From an uncultured Desulfospira sp. (GTDB lineage: Bacteria; Desulfobacterota; Desulfobacteria; Desulfobacterales; Desulfobacteraceae), in NCBI GenBank assembly GCA_963663165.1, contig OY760175.1, positions 544,001 through 608,000 on the forward strand: 64,000 bases of DNA. Reading direction: 5' to 3'. Below are positions 39,079 through 48,579 of this stretch, piece after piece; the first letter of the stretch is position 1; each line of letters opens with the position of its first letter. Under the pieces are notes generated by a model. It was not told the DNA's origin, did not search any database, and worked only from the letters and a program-made list of their open reading frames with translations. The translations under genes and the position numbers were made by a program.

Positions 39079-39310
39079 AGATGGGAAGCCGGAATGAGAA
39101 CCGGAACATGGGACTTGGGCTTGGATTCAATCCCCTTTGGTATTTCATGGTTTTAAACCACAGAGGACACCGAGGTTTGGCTGTCGCCAAACTGCACAGG
39201 AGGGTGTTCATGATGATAAAGGGAAGGGACAGATATCAGGGCATTAAGATGCTTTGTTGACAAAAGTGCTTGAGTGGCGCATCTTGGTGTGTATGGGGAG
39301 GTGTATTATG
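39079..39310 (+). repeat. Shared cassette leader, copy 2 (TTGACA at 39257, GGAGG RBS)
   Basis: Matches 38045-38310. Confidence 0.9.
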
Positions 39311-39508
39311 AGAACCAATGTAGTATTAGATGACCGGTTGATTCAGGAGGCCCTGGCCTTAAGCGGATTAAAAACTAAAAAAGATATTATTTCAATGGCA
39401 CTGCAGGAATTTGTTGATTCCCGGAAAAGGAAAAACTTGCTGGAACTTTCGGGGAAAATTGAATTCCGCCATGATTATGATTATAAAGCCCTCCGACAGG
39501 ACAAATGA
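39308..39508 (+). CDS. vapB: VapB-type antitoxin
   Basis: MRTNVVLDDRLIQEAL..KTKKDII..YDYKALR. Confidence 0.88.
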   Translation: MRTNVVLDDRLIQEALALSGLKTKKDIISMALQEFVDSRKRKNLLELSGKIEFRHDYDYKALRQDK

Positions 39509-39891
39509 TACTTGTCGATACGTCAGTTCTGATCGATTTCTTTAAAGGTGTTTCAAACCCCTCAACCGATAGCTTAAGAAGGATTATTGAACAGCAGATT
39601 CCCTTTGGGATTACCTCTGTCATTTATCAGGAAATTTTGCAGGGGGCCAAAGATCGAAAAGAATATAATCTCTTGAATGAATACCTGGAATGCCAAAAAT
39701 TTTTTCATCCTTTAGACCTGATAGGCTCTTATGCGCAAGCCGCTATAATATATTTTTCCTGCAGAAAAAAAGGAATCACCATTAGAAGCACAATTGACTG
39801 CCTGATTGCTCAAGTTGCTATTGAGCATGGCCCGCTCCTACCCAAAATCAAAATCGGTTTCAAGATTCGTTACAAATTGTGCATAGGATAA
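39505..39891 (+). pseudogene. vapC: VapC PIN toxin with its C-terminus replaced by REP-derived sequence
   Basis: MILVDTSVLIDF..TIDCLIAQVAIEH, then REP sequence; last acidic motif absent. Confidence 0.75.
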
Positions 39892-39918
39892 GGGAGATTG
39901 GTCCGGCGTTGCTGAACC

Positions 39919-40314
39919 TTATTCCCAGTCTTCAAGAATGAGGCCGGATATCCGGATGAATTCCCGGGTATTATGGGTAACGAGGACCGCATCATGGGCG
40001 CGGGCAATTGCGGCAATAAGCATATCATTGGGGCCGATCAGGTTGCCCTGGGCTGTCAGATCGGCTCTGATAAGACCGTATTCATCCGCACATTGATCAT
40101 CAAAGGGCAGGCTTTGCAAAGGGGCGAAGAACAATCTTAAGGCTTGAAGGTTGGCATCTACCCGGTTGCTGTTTCTTGCACCGAAAAGCAGCTCAGCTTT
40201 AACAATACTACAGACCGCAATTTCGGAAGGGGAGCTGGTGCGAAAATGGTGTTCAACAGATTGAGATGTGCCGTTAAGAAAATTGATGCAGACGTTGGTA
40301 TCCAGAAGAAACAT
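39919..40314 (-). CDS. vapC: VapC PIN toxin
   Basis: FLLDTNVCI, IGPNDMLIAAIA, LVTHNTREF, LEDW. Confidence 0.92.
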   Translation of the reverse strand: MFLLDTNVCINFLNGTSQSVEHHFRTSSPSEIAVCSIVKAELLFGARNSNRVDANLQALRLFFAPLQSLPFDDQCADEYGLIRADLTAQGNLIGPNDMLIAAIARAHDAVLVTHNTREFIRISGLILEDWE

Positions 40315-40315
40315 T

Positions 40316-40540
40316 TTATTCAAACCCTGTTCTTTGTTCTATATCTAATTGATCCGGTCGGACGAGGGGCTCTCCCTGCCATGATCCGGCCAGGTCAAAA
40401 TAATTTTCCGGCCAGTCATTGATGGTCTCTTTTTTTACGAGATAGGCCAAATATTTTGAGGTGGACAATCCGGCCTCCTTGGCTTTTTGTTTAAACAGGA
40501 TCGCCAGATTGTCCGGTATGTAACAGTGTAATTGCGCCAT
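40316..40540 (-). CDS. Ribbon-helix-helix-type antitoxin
   Basis: MAQLHCYIPD..AKEAGLSTSKYL..WPENYF..GSWQGEPL; GGAGG RBS. Confidence 0.78.
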   Translation of the reverse strand: MAQLHCYIPDNLAILFKQKAKEAGLSTSKYLAYLVKKETINDWPENYFDLAGSWQGEPLVRPDQLDIEQRTGFE

Positions 40541-40696
40541 GTATTCCTCCAAATATATTTATTGTATGTGTTTTTTATGGTAATGAAATGTTCAGGGTGT
40601 GTCAAGTCTGGTGAGCATGCTTTTTGTGGCCGTGGTCTGTTAGCGAATTTTGGCTTATTTAATTTGTCGTTCAGGCCGGTGGATTGGCCGTTAGAT

Positions 40697-40728
40697 GGTG
40701 GGCAGCGCTTCGCTTTTGCCCACCCTAC
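40697..40728 (-). repeat. GTAG-REP (first family)
   Basis: GGTGGGCAGCGCTTCGCTTTTGCCCACCCTAC. Confidence 0.82.
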
Positions 40729-40762
40729 GGCGCCAACAATAACTATAAAATATAGATCATAG

Positions 40763-42403
40763 ATGAATCTGTTTACTGTTTTTATCCTGTCGTTGTTTTT
40801 GACCATCGCCCTGGTGCCGGTGTTTAAGCGCCTGGCATTCAGAATGAATATTGTGGATGTGCCCAATGCCCGAAAGGTCCATGCGGTTCCCATGCCCAAG
40901 ACCGGGGGGATATCCATGGCCCTGGGGGCCTTTATCCCCATGCTGCTCTGGCTTCCCCGGGACCCTTTTGTCAGTTCTCTGTTTATCGGGGCCGGCATTA
41001 TTGTTGTTTTCGGGGTGATTGATGATATCAAAACCCTGGGAGCCATACAGAAATTTGTCCCCCAGATTGCCGCCACCGTGATTGTGGTTGTTTTCGGGGG
41101 GGTGAGGTTTACCTGTTTCGGGGATCTGCTGCCCGCATCCTGTACGCTGCCGGCATATCTTTCCATTCCCTTTACCGTGTTTGCCATTCTCGGGGTAACC
41201 AATGCCATTAATTTGGCGGACGGACTGGACGGCCTTGCCGGCGGGATATCCATGCTCAGCTATATTCTGATTGTTTTTCTGGCATTGAACTGCGGCAATC
41301 ATAGTGTGGCCATTATTGCCGTTGCCATGGCAGGCGGGATTGCCGGGTTTTTAAGGTTCAATACCCATCCGGCGGTGTTGTTTATGGGCGATGCCGGCAG
41401 CCAGCTGCTCGGATTCGTTTTGGCCGTGCTGGTGGTGGCCCTGACCCAGGCCAATACGCCGTATGCCAAGATTCTGGGCCTGCCGCTGATCGGGTTTCCG
41501 ATTCTGGACACCCTGACGGTGATGTCCGAACGGGTCATAAAGGGAAAATCTCCCTTTGCAGCCGACAAAAACCATTTTCATCACCGGCTGCTCCGGTTTG
41601 GTTTTTTTCATACCGAAGCCGTACTGCTGATCTATATCACCCAGGCCCTGTTTATGATCATGGCGTTGATCTTCCGGTTTTATTCGGACTGGTTTTCCTT
41701 TTTGGGCTTTGTGTCCCTGTCCCTGTTGATTCTCCTGGTTTTCTTTATAGGGGGCAGGGTGAAGTGGAAATTTCGGAGGGAGGGCACTTTTGACTCCGTG
41801 GTGAAACGGCGGCTGAAAACCCTGAAAGACCAGAAGCTGTTTATCCGGACTTTTTTTGGGGGGATACGGTTTGGGTTTCCCCTGGTATTCGGATGCCAGG
41901 CCCTGGTGCCGGTTAAAATTTCCATGCTGGTTTCTGCAATTGCCGCCGGGTTAATGGCTGCCACCGGTATTACCTATTTTTTTGACTGGTCAAGATACCG
42001 GCCCGTTTTATTGCGATTTTCGGTTTATATTTTGGCGCCGCTGACCTTGTACGCCGCTGAAAACGACGCCGGGATCTGGATGACCGAATTTTGGTTAACC
42101 GTGAATAATCTCGGGTTTATTGCCTTGATTTTATTTGTGATCATGACCATGAACCTGACACGGCGGCGGCAGGGATTCAAGGTAACGCCCATGGATATCC
42201 TGGTGTTTATCGTTATCCTGGTATTTCCCAATTTGCCGTCTGTTCATTTTGAAGCCTACCATGCCGGTATGGTGTTGGCCAAGGTGCTGGTGATTTTGTA
42301 CAGCTATGATGTGTTGATGGGAGAGCTTCGCCATGATACAGAACGGATGGTTTTGCCCATGATGATCGCTTTAGGGGCGTTTGTGGTTCGGGCATTGGTG
42401 TAA
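40763..42403 (+). CDS. WecA/MraY-family undecaprenyl-phosphate HexNAc-1-P transferase with extra C-terminal TM domain
   Basis: DVPNARKVH, GVIDD, NAINLADGLDGLA, FMGDAGS, DKNHFHHRL. Confidence 0.92.
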   Translation: MNLFTVFILSLFLTIALVPVFKRLAFRMNIVDVPNARKVHAVPMPKTGGISMALGAFIPMLLWLPRDPFVSSLFIGAGIIVVFGVIDDIKTLGAIQKFVPQIAATVIVVVFGGVRFTCFGDLLPASCTLPAYLSIPFTVFAILGVTNAINLADGLDGLAGGISMLSYILIVFLALNCGNHSVAIIAVAMAGGIAGFLRFNTHPAVLFMGDAGSQLLGFVLAVLVVALTQANTPYAKILGLPLIGFPILDTLTVMSERVIKGKSPFAADKNHFHHRLLRFGFFHTEAVLLIYITQALFMIMALIFRFYSDWFSFLGFVSLSLLILLVFFIGGRVKWKFRREGTFDSVVKRRLKTLKDQKLFIRTFFGGIRFGFPLVFGCQALVPVKISMLVSAIAAGLMAATGITYFFDWSRYRPVLLRFSVYILAPLTLYAAENDAGIWMTEFWLTVNNLGFIALILFVIMTMNLTRRRQGFKVTPMDILVFIVILVFPNLPSVHFEAYHAGMVLAKVLVILYSYDVLMGELRHDTERMVLPMMIALGAFVVRALV

Positions 42404-42447
42404 GGTTTCAGGCTGAAGGTTTTTAGACTGAAGGTGATTAGATAGGT

Positions 42448-42563
42448 GGTGGGCACAAACAGCGTGCCCACCCTACGGCTCATGCGAAGGCGCAAAGGCA
42501 CAAAGCTTCATTGCATAAGCGTTATTAATCTTTGCGGCTTTGTGTCTTTGTGTGAGAACATAA
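42448..42563. repeat. REP followed by an inverted pair of GCGCAAAG-type short repeats
   Basis: GGTGGGCAC..GTGCCCACCCTAC, then GCGAAGGCGCAAAGGCACAAAG..CTTTGCGGCTTTGTGTCTTTGTGTGAGAACATAAA (R-box core). Confidence 0.75.
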
Positions 42564-42605
42564 AGATATGATAACTCGTTGATAAAAAACTTAAAGGAGC
42601 ATTTG

Positions 42606-45011
42606 ATGAAGGCTATTCTTTCAAAAAATTCGATTTTTCTTCTTGTCATTATGCTGTTTGTGTCCGTTCTTAACGGCTGCGGCAGCCCCGATGATAAAAA
42701 ACAGGCCTTTCTTGACAAGGGGAACGCATTATTTGAGGAAAAAGATTTTGTAAAAGCCAAGCTTGAATATAAAAATGCCATCCAGATTGACCAGAATTAT
42801 GCCCAGGCATATTTCATGCTGGGCAAAACCGAACTGGAACTTAAGAATTTCAAGCAGGCGTTCGGCATGCTGTCCAAGTCCGTTGAGCTGGCCCCGGACA
42901 ACATTGAGGCCAGAACCATTCTGGGCAAGCTGCTGCTGGCCGGAAGGGCGCCGGACCAGGCCCTGGAACAGGCTGAGGCCATTCTGGCCGTAGATAAGGA
43001 GAACCTGGACGGCAACCTGTTAAAGGCATCGGTCCTTTTTGCCCAAAAAGAGTACCTCCGGGGTGAGGAAATTCTCATGGGCCTGTATAAGTCCGGCGCG
43101 ACCTCGCCTGAATTATACGCCCTGCTGTCTTCCGTGGCCCGCCTTCACCAGGACCCGGAACAAATGCGGGCCTATCTGAGTGAAGGAATTGAAAAGAATC
43201 CGGACAATGTTCCGCTCAGGCTGGGGCTTGCCCAGCTTGAGGCCAATGAAAAGCATTTTGATGCCGTGGAGGAAAATCTCTTGAAGGTGATCGAACTTAA
43301 GCCCGATCAGGTTTCCCACCGGCTTAACCTGGCCAAGCTGTACATTAATCAGAACCAGATGGACAAGGCCGAAGAGCTGTTTAATCAGATTCTGGAACAG
43401 GACAGTGAAGATGAAAAAACCAGGATCAAAATTGCAGCGCTCTGGATCGCGTCTAAAAATCTTGAAAAAGCGGAAAAGCTGATTAAGGACGGATTGAAAT
43501 CCCATTCCGACAGTTTTGAATACCGGCTGTTTCTGGCCGAGGTGTATGCCAAAACCCGGCGGCTTGACGAATCCGAATCCATATTGAAAGAAGCCTTGGG
43601 GCTGAATCCTGATCCGGCAAATCCGGGCATCATCCGGACCAAGGTGGCCCTTTCCAGGGTATGCCTGGCCCGGGCCAAAGTGGCTGAAGGGGAAAAGCTC
43701 ATTGACGAGGTTATTGAGAATGACCCCAAAAATGTGGATGCCCATTTTATCAAGGGCAGAATTTACCTGTCCAGAAAAGACGGCGCCAATGCCGTGCCTG
43801 AGCTGAGGCTGGTCACCGAAGACCGTCCTGAAATGGTTCAGGGCTATTTAAGCCTTGCCCAGGCCCACTTACTGAATAAGGATGTCGATCTGGCCATGAA
43901 TGTCCTGGAAAATGCCCATATCAAACTCCCCAAAGAGGCCGCCCTTCTCAAGGCAATGGCCCGGTTAAACCTGGTTTTGAAAAAACCTGAAGCTGCAGAG
44001 AAAAACCTGCAGGCCGCCATTGAAGCCAACCCGGATAACCTTCAGTCCTACATTGACATGGGCGATTTTTACCTGGCCAGAAAATCATATGACAAGGCCC
44101 TTGCCCAGTACAACCTGGTCAAGGAGAAAAAGCCCGACAATGCAAGGGGATGGCTTAAAGCGGCATCGGTTTACACCGCCCAGGAGGATAACGCCTCCGC
44201 CATCAAAGAGCTCAAAGCCGGCTATGCGGCCAATCCGGATGCGGCATTGATTTTGGCCGGGCTTGCCAACCTGTATATTAAGGAAAAGCATTTTGATGCG
44301 GCCATGAAGCTGTGTACGGACCGGCTGGATAAGAACAACGAAGAAGCCTTTACCTGGAACCTTAAGGGGGGAATTCACCTGGCCAAAAAAGAGTTTGAGC
44401 TGGCCCAGACCGGATTTGAAAAGGCCACTGAACTGGCCCCGGAATGGGGAAAGCCCTATGAGAACCTGGCCCGGATTTATCTGATCCGCGGGCAGAAAGA
44501 TGCGGCCATTGAAAAATTCTCATCTGCCCTGGAAAAAAATCCCAAAAACCGGTCTGCCTGGATGATCCTTGGCAGTATTTATGAAAAAGACAAGGATTAT
44601 GAAAAGGCGGCCCGTACCTATGAAGATGCGTTTAAAAACAATCCGCAGCTGTGGCCGGCAGCCAATAATTTTGCGTTTATCCGGTCTGAATCCGCGGCTT
44701 CGGAACATGACCTGCAATATGCCATGGAGTTTGCAACCAAGGCCGAAGCGCTTAAACCCGGGGCCGGGGTGATTCTGGATACCGTGGGATGGCTTCATTT
44801 TAAACTCGGCGATCTGGACGAAGCCTATGCCAAGGTCAGCCAGGCCCTTGAGGAACATCCGGACAACAATATCATCAATTACCATATGGGAATGATCCTG
44901 GATAAGCAGGGAAAGACCGAAGAGGCAAAAATTTACCTTGAAAAATCCCTGTCGTCTGATAAAGACTTTCTTGGAGCTGAAGACGCCGAAAAACGACTCA
45001 AAGAACTTTAA
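42606..45011 (+). CDS. TPR-repeat lipoprotein (PrsT-like, PEP-CTERM system)
   Basis: Lipobox LNGC, many TPRs, ILDTVGW..YHMG. Confidence 0.85.
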   Translation: MKAILSKNSIFLLVIMLFVSVLNGCGSPDDKKQAFLDKGNALFEEKDFVKAKLEYKNAIQIDQNYAQAYFMLGKTELELKNFKQAFGMLSKSVELAPDNIEARTILGKLLLAGRAPDQALEQAEAILAVDKENLDGNLLKASVLFAQKEYLRGEEILMGLYKSGATSPELYALLSSVARLHQDPEQMRAYLSEGIEKNPDNVPLRLGLAQLEANEKHFDAVEENLLKVIELKPDQVSHRLNLAKLYINQNQMDKAEELFNQILEQDSEDEKTRIKIAALWIASKNLEKAEKLIKDGLKSHSDSFEYRLFLAEVYAKTRRLDESESILKEALGLNPDPANPGIIRTKVALSRVCLARAKVAEGEKLIDEVIENDPKNVDAHFIKGRIYLSRKDGANAVPELRLVTEDRPEMVQGYLSLAQAHLLNKDVDLAMNVLENAHIKLPKEAALLKAMARLNLVLKKPEAAEKNLQAAIEANPDNLQSYIDMGDFYLARKSYDKALAQYNLVKEKKPDNARGWLKAASVYTAQEDNASAIKELKAGYAANPDAALILAGLANLYIKEKHFDAAMKLCTDRLDKNNEEAFTWNLKGGIHLAKKEFELAQTGFEKATELAPEWGKPYENLARIYLIRGQKDAAIEKFSSALEKNPKNRSAWMILGSIYEKDKDYEKAARTYEDAFKNNPQLWPAANNFAFIRSESAASEHDLQYAMEFATKAEALKPGAGVILDTVGWLHFKLGDLDEAYAKVSQALEEHPDNNIINYHMGMILDKQGKTEEAKIYLEKSLSSDKDFLGAEDAEKRLKEL

Positions 45012-45061
45012 CATTTAAGACCCAAATAGCGTTAACCTTTAAAATGAATTTCAGGAGGCAT

Positions 45062-45616
45062 ATGAAACTGAAAAAACTAATGTTGGCTTTGGCAGTAATG
45101 GGGATCGCCGCGGTTGTACCGGCGGCCCATGCTCAGGATTACCGGATCGGCCCGGGCGATGTTCTTGAAATCGGTGTCTGGCAGAATCCGGATCTTCAAA
45201 AACAGCTGGCGGTTCTGCCTGACGGAAAAATTCATTTTCCTCTGGTTAAGGAAATTCAGGCGGCGGGGCTGACTGTCACGGAACTTGAAACGGTGTTTAT
45301 GGAGAAACTCGAAAAGTTTATACCGGAACCGGATTTGTCCATCAGCCTTATCCAGGTTAATTCTTACATGGTTTATGTGATCGGCAAGGTAAACCATCCG
45401 GGCCGGTTTCTTTTAAACTCCGATATTGACGTCCTTCAGGCCTTAGCCCTGGCCGGCGGGCTCAATGCCTTTGCCAAGGAAAAGGAAGTGGCTATTTTCC
45501 GGAAAGGGACCCAGGAGACCCAGATCATAAAGTTCAATTATGACGAAGTGTCCACCGGTGAAAATCTTGAACAAAACATCATGCTTCAACGGGGTGATGT
45601 TATTGTGGTCCGATAG
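45062..45616 (+). CDS. Polysaccharide export protein (Wza/OPX)
   Basis: YRIGPGDVLEI, PDGKIHFPL, VIGKVNHPG, ALALAGG. Confidence 0.92.
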   Translation: MKLKKLMLALAVMGIAAVVPAAHAQDYRIGPGDVLEIGVWQNPDLQKQLAVLPDGKIHFPLVKEIQAAGLTVTELETVFMEKLEKFIPEPDLSISLIQVNSYMVYVIGKVNHPGRFLLNSDIDVLQALALAGGLNAFAKEKEVAIFRKGTQETQIIKFNYDEVSTGENLEQNIMLQRGDVIVVR

Positions 45617-45624
45617 GAGCGGCC

Positions 45625-46875
45625 ATGGATAGAATCAGGATTCTACCGGTGCTGATCCTTCTGGGCTGCCTGGCGGTGCCTTCATTTGGTCTCCGGGCAG
45701 AGCCGGGAGAGTTTGTTCCTTATCTTTCTGTCCGTCAGGAGTATTCGGATAACATCTATTTTGACAGCAGCGATGAAGAAGAAAGCTACCTGACCACAGC
45801 CACGGGCGGCCTGATTTACGACCATAAGTCCGAACGGGTCACGGCCAAGGTGGACGGCAGGGTCAACCGGCTGATTTATTGGAAACATGATGATCTCAAT
45901 GACACAGAGGGCAGGGCCTTTGCCAGTATTGACTATCTGGTGACGGAACGGGCCGGTATTGGCGGGTCTGTGGAATACCGGCAGGATTCCAGGAAAGACC
46001 AGGACTCCGATGATTCCGGCCTGATGAGAGACAGCTTAGGCGAACAGGAAGTCAAAAAAGGCGATCTTTCGGCCAGCTATATGTTTTCCGAGATCACCCG
46101 GGGCGAAATCAGTGTCGGGTATGAAAACACCACCCTTGAGGATATGGATCAGGATGAAGAAGATGACACCATTTCTGTCAGCCTGGCCCTGACCCGGAAT
46201 ATATCTGAGATTTGGGAAAATACCACGGCGCTGCTGAATTTTTCCTATATGCATTATAGTTCGGATGAGGAGCAGGACATAACCTATATAATTTATCCCG
46301 CCCTCAGCTGCCAGGATTATGAGGCTGATGTATTCCAGCTTTATGCCGGTTTTTCCAGGCAGGCCACAGAGCTGTTTTCTTATTATTTTCAGGTCGGAGT
46401 AAGCTATACCGATTCCACCCAGGAAATTGAATATGTACACCGGGATTACGATGTCACCTTTTATGAGGACGATTACAGTGACGACACCTATGGCACTGTT
46501 CTGATATCGGGTCTGGATTACAAAGGGCTTTATACCGATGCCGGTATCTCCCTGTCCCATGATGTCCGGGGCGGGACCGGAACCACAGGTACGGTTGAGC
46601 GAACCCGCGCGTCAATCAATATCAGCCGCCGGATCACCGAAGATTTCTCCCTTACCCTGGCCACTTCGGTTTCCCTGAATACCAGTGAGCGGGAAATCGG
46701 GTCAGATGTGGACAACCTGACCCTTCATTTCATGCCCGGTTTCCGGTATAAATTTTCGGATACCTGGCTGCTGACCGGCGCATACCGGTATACCAATGAA
46801 GATGACCGTGAGGCGGATGAGACTTCGGAAAGAAATCTTTTTTATTTTACCATCAGAAAAGAGTTTGAACTGTAA
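45625..46875 (+). CDS. Outer-membrane beta-barrel of EPS export
   Basis: Signal peptide, QEYSDNI, alternating strands, aromatic C-terminus; located after wza. Confidence 0.75.
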   Translation: MDRIRILPVLILLGCLAVPSFGLRAEPGEFVPYLSVRQEYSDNIYFDSSDEEESYLTTATGGLIYDHKSERVTAKVDGRVNRLIYWKHDDLNDTEGRAFASIDYLVTERAGIGGSVEYRQDSRKDQDSDDSGLMRDSLGEQEVKKGDLSASYMFSEITRGEISVGYENTTLEDMDQDEEDDTISVSLALTRNISEIWENTTALLNFSYMHYSSDEEQDITYIIYPALSCQDYEADVFQLYAGFSRQATELFSYYFQVGVSYTDSTQEIEYVHRDYDVTFYEDDYSDDTYGTVLISGLDYKGLYTDAGISLSHDVRGGTGTTGTVERTRASINISRRITEDFSLTLATSVSLNTSEREIGSDVDNLTLHFMPGFRYKFSDTWLLTGAYRYTNEDDREADETSERNLFYFTIRKEFEL

Positions 46876-46940
46876 CAGTATTTGATGTAGCAGTTGAAGT
46901 CCAATTACCCATAACTATAAATGTTAATTGAGGCAAATGA

Positions 46941-48548
46941 ATGGAAGAAAATGTTCTATCCCCAAATGATTATCTGGCTATTTTAAATCGGCGCAAGTGG
47001 GCCATTATCATCCCTTTTCTTTTGATTGTGTTGATTGCCGGGGCCTTTGCGCTGCTGCTGCCGCCGATATACAAGTCAACCTCTACCATTTTGATTGAAC
47101 AGCGGGAAATTCCCGCTGAGTATGTTACTTCCAGCATGACCACTTACGCGGAGCAGCGGATTCAGAGCATCAACCAGCGGGTCCTGACATCGGCAAGGCT
47201 CATGGAGTTAATTGAGCAGTTTGACCTTTATCCGGATTTGAAGAAAAAGAAAACCGCGGATGAAATTATTGCCAAAATGCAGGAAGATGTTGTCCTTGAA
47301 CCCATCAATGTTGAGGTGGCGGACCGGCGGTCCGGACGGACGGCCACGGCCACCATTGCTTTCAGCCTTTCCTATGAAGGGGAAGATCCCAAAAAAGTCC
47401 AGCAGGTGGCCAACACCATCACCTCTTTGTTTTTAAAAGAGGACATCAAGGTCAGAAAAGACCAGGCCTCTTCAACGTTTGAGTTTTTAAAAAGTGAAAA
47501 GGAACGGGTGGCCCAGAAAGCCGCTGAGCTTGAAAAGGAAATGGCTGATTTTAAACAGGCCAATGTTCATTCCCTGCCCGAGATTTTCCAGGTGAATATG
47601 CAGACCCTGGATAACCTGCAGCGCAGCATTGATGCCCGCCGGGAGAGCCTGCGAGCTTTGATGGAACAGGAAAGCGAATTTCAGGAACAGCTGGCCAATA
47701 CCCCTGAGGATATTGAAGATGCCATGGCGGACCAGAAACCCAAAGAGGATGATGAACGCCGCCTTGAAGCCCTGAAAATGGAGCTGATTAACCTGAAGAC
47801 AAAATACTCCGATCTGTACCCGGATGTTAAGAAACTCAAACAGGAAATCGAAGACCTGACGGTCAAAGTCGAAACTTCCAAACAGGAAAGAAAAGAAGAA
47901 AAAGAAGCCAGCGGCAGCAATGCCGGCAAGAACCCGGCGTATGTCACCCTTTCCGTTCGCCTGGCCGGTATCCGTTCGGATATTACCTCAACCAAATACA
48001 ATATTCAAAAGCTTGAAGATCAGGCCGATGATTACCGCGAGCGGCTGGCCGCCACCCCCGGGGTTGAAGAAAAATACAATTCGATCTTAACGGAAAAAAG
48101 TTTTCAGACCAGAAAACTTGCCGACCTTCAGGCCAAGATGATGGAAGCCAGGGTGGCTGAAGAACTCGAATCCAAACAGAAAGGTGAGCGGTTCACCCTG
48201 GTTGAATCGGCAAGGCTGCCGGAAAAACCTTATAAACCCAACCGTCTGGCCATTCTGCTGATCGGGGTTGTCCTCGGCCTTGGTGCCGGCGTCGGGCTGG
48301 CCTCTTTGATTGAATTTTCAGATACCTCGTTCAGGGATGCCGAGGCCCTTACCCGGGCTACGGGATTCACCGTGCTGACTGAAGTTCCCCGGATTATCAC
48401 CATAGAAGACAAGTCCAAACGAAATGTCCGCAGGCTTGTGACCATCGGTGTTATTATTGCGGCCATTATTTTGGGGATTTACCTGTTTGATACCTTTGTC
48501 ATGGATCTTGATGTCCTCCAGGCCAAGATCATGCGAAGATTTGCTTAA
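46941..48548 (+). CDS. Polysaccharide chain-length determinant (GumC/Wzc N-terminal part)
   Basis: RRKW, PPIYKSTSTILIE, coiled coil, LPEKPYKPNR. Confidence 0.9.
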   Translation: MEENVLSPNDYLAILNRRKWAIIIPFLLIVLIAGAFALLLPPIYKSTSTILIEQREIPAEYVTSSMTTYAEQRIQSINQRVLTSARLMELIEQFDLYPDLKKKKTADEIIAKMQEDVVLEPINVEVADRRSGRTATATIAFSLSYEGEDPKKVQQVANTITSLFLKEDIKVRKDQASSTFEFLKSEKERVAQKAAELEKEMADFKQANVHSLPEIFQVNMQTLDNLQRSIDARRESLRALMEQESEFQEQLANTPEDIEDAMADQKPKEDDERRLEALKMELINLKTKYSDLYPDVKKLKQEIEDLTVKVETSKQERKEEKEASGSNAGKNPAYVTLSVRLAGIRSDITSTKYNIQKLEDQADDYRERLAATPGVEEKYNSILTEKSFQTRKLADLQAKMMEARVAEELESKQKGERFTLVESARLPEKPYKPNRLAILLIGVVLGLGAGVGLASLIEFSDTSFRDAEALTRATGFTVLTEVPRIITIEDKSKRNVRRLVTIGVIIAAIILGIYLFDTFVMDLDVLQAKIMRRFA

Positions 48549-48579
48549 CCGGACCTGGAACTTTGAGGAGATAAACATT

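Noticed and set aside
43113..43745. Long antisense ORFs (also 60359-61036, 46036-46560, 40435-41253)
   Set aside because: Shadow frames opposite well-supported genes
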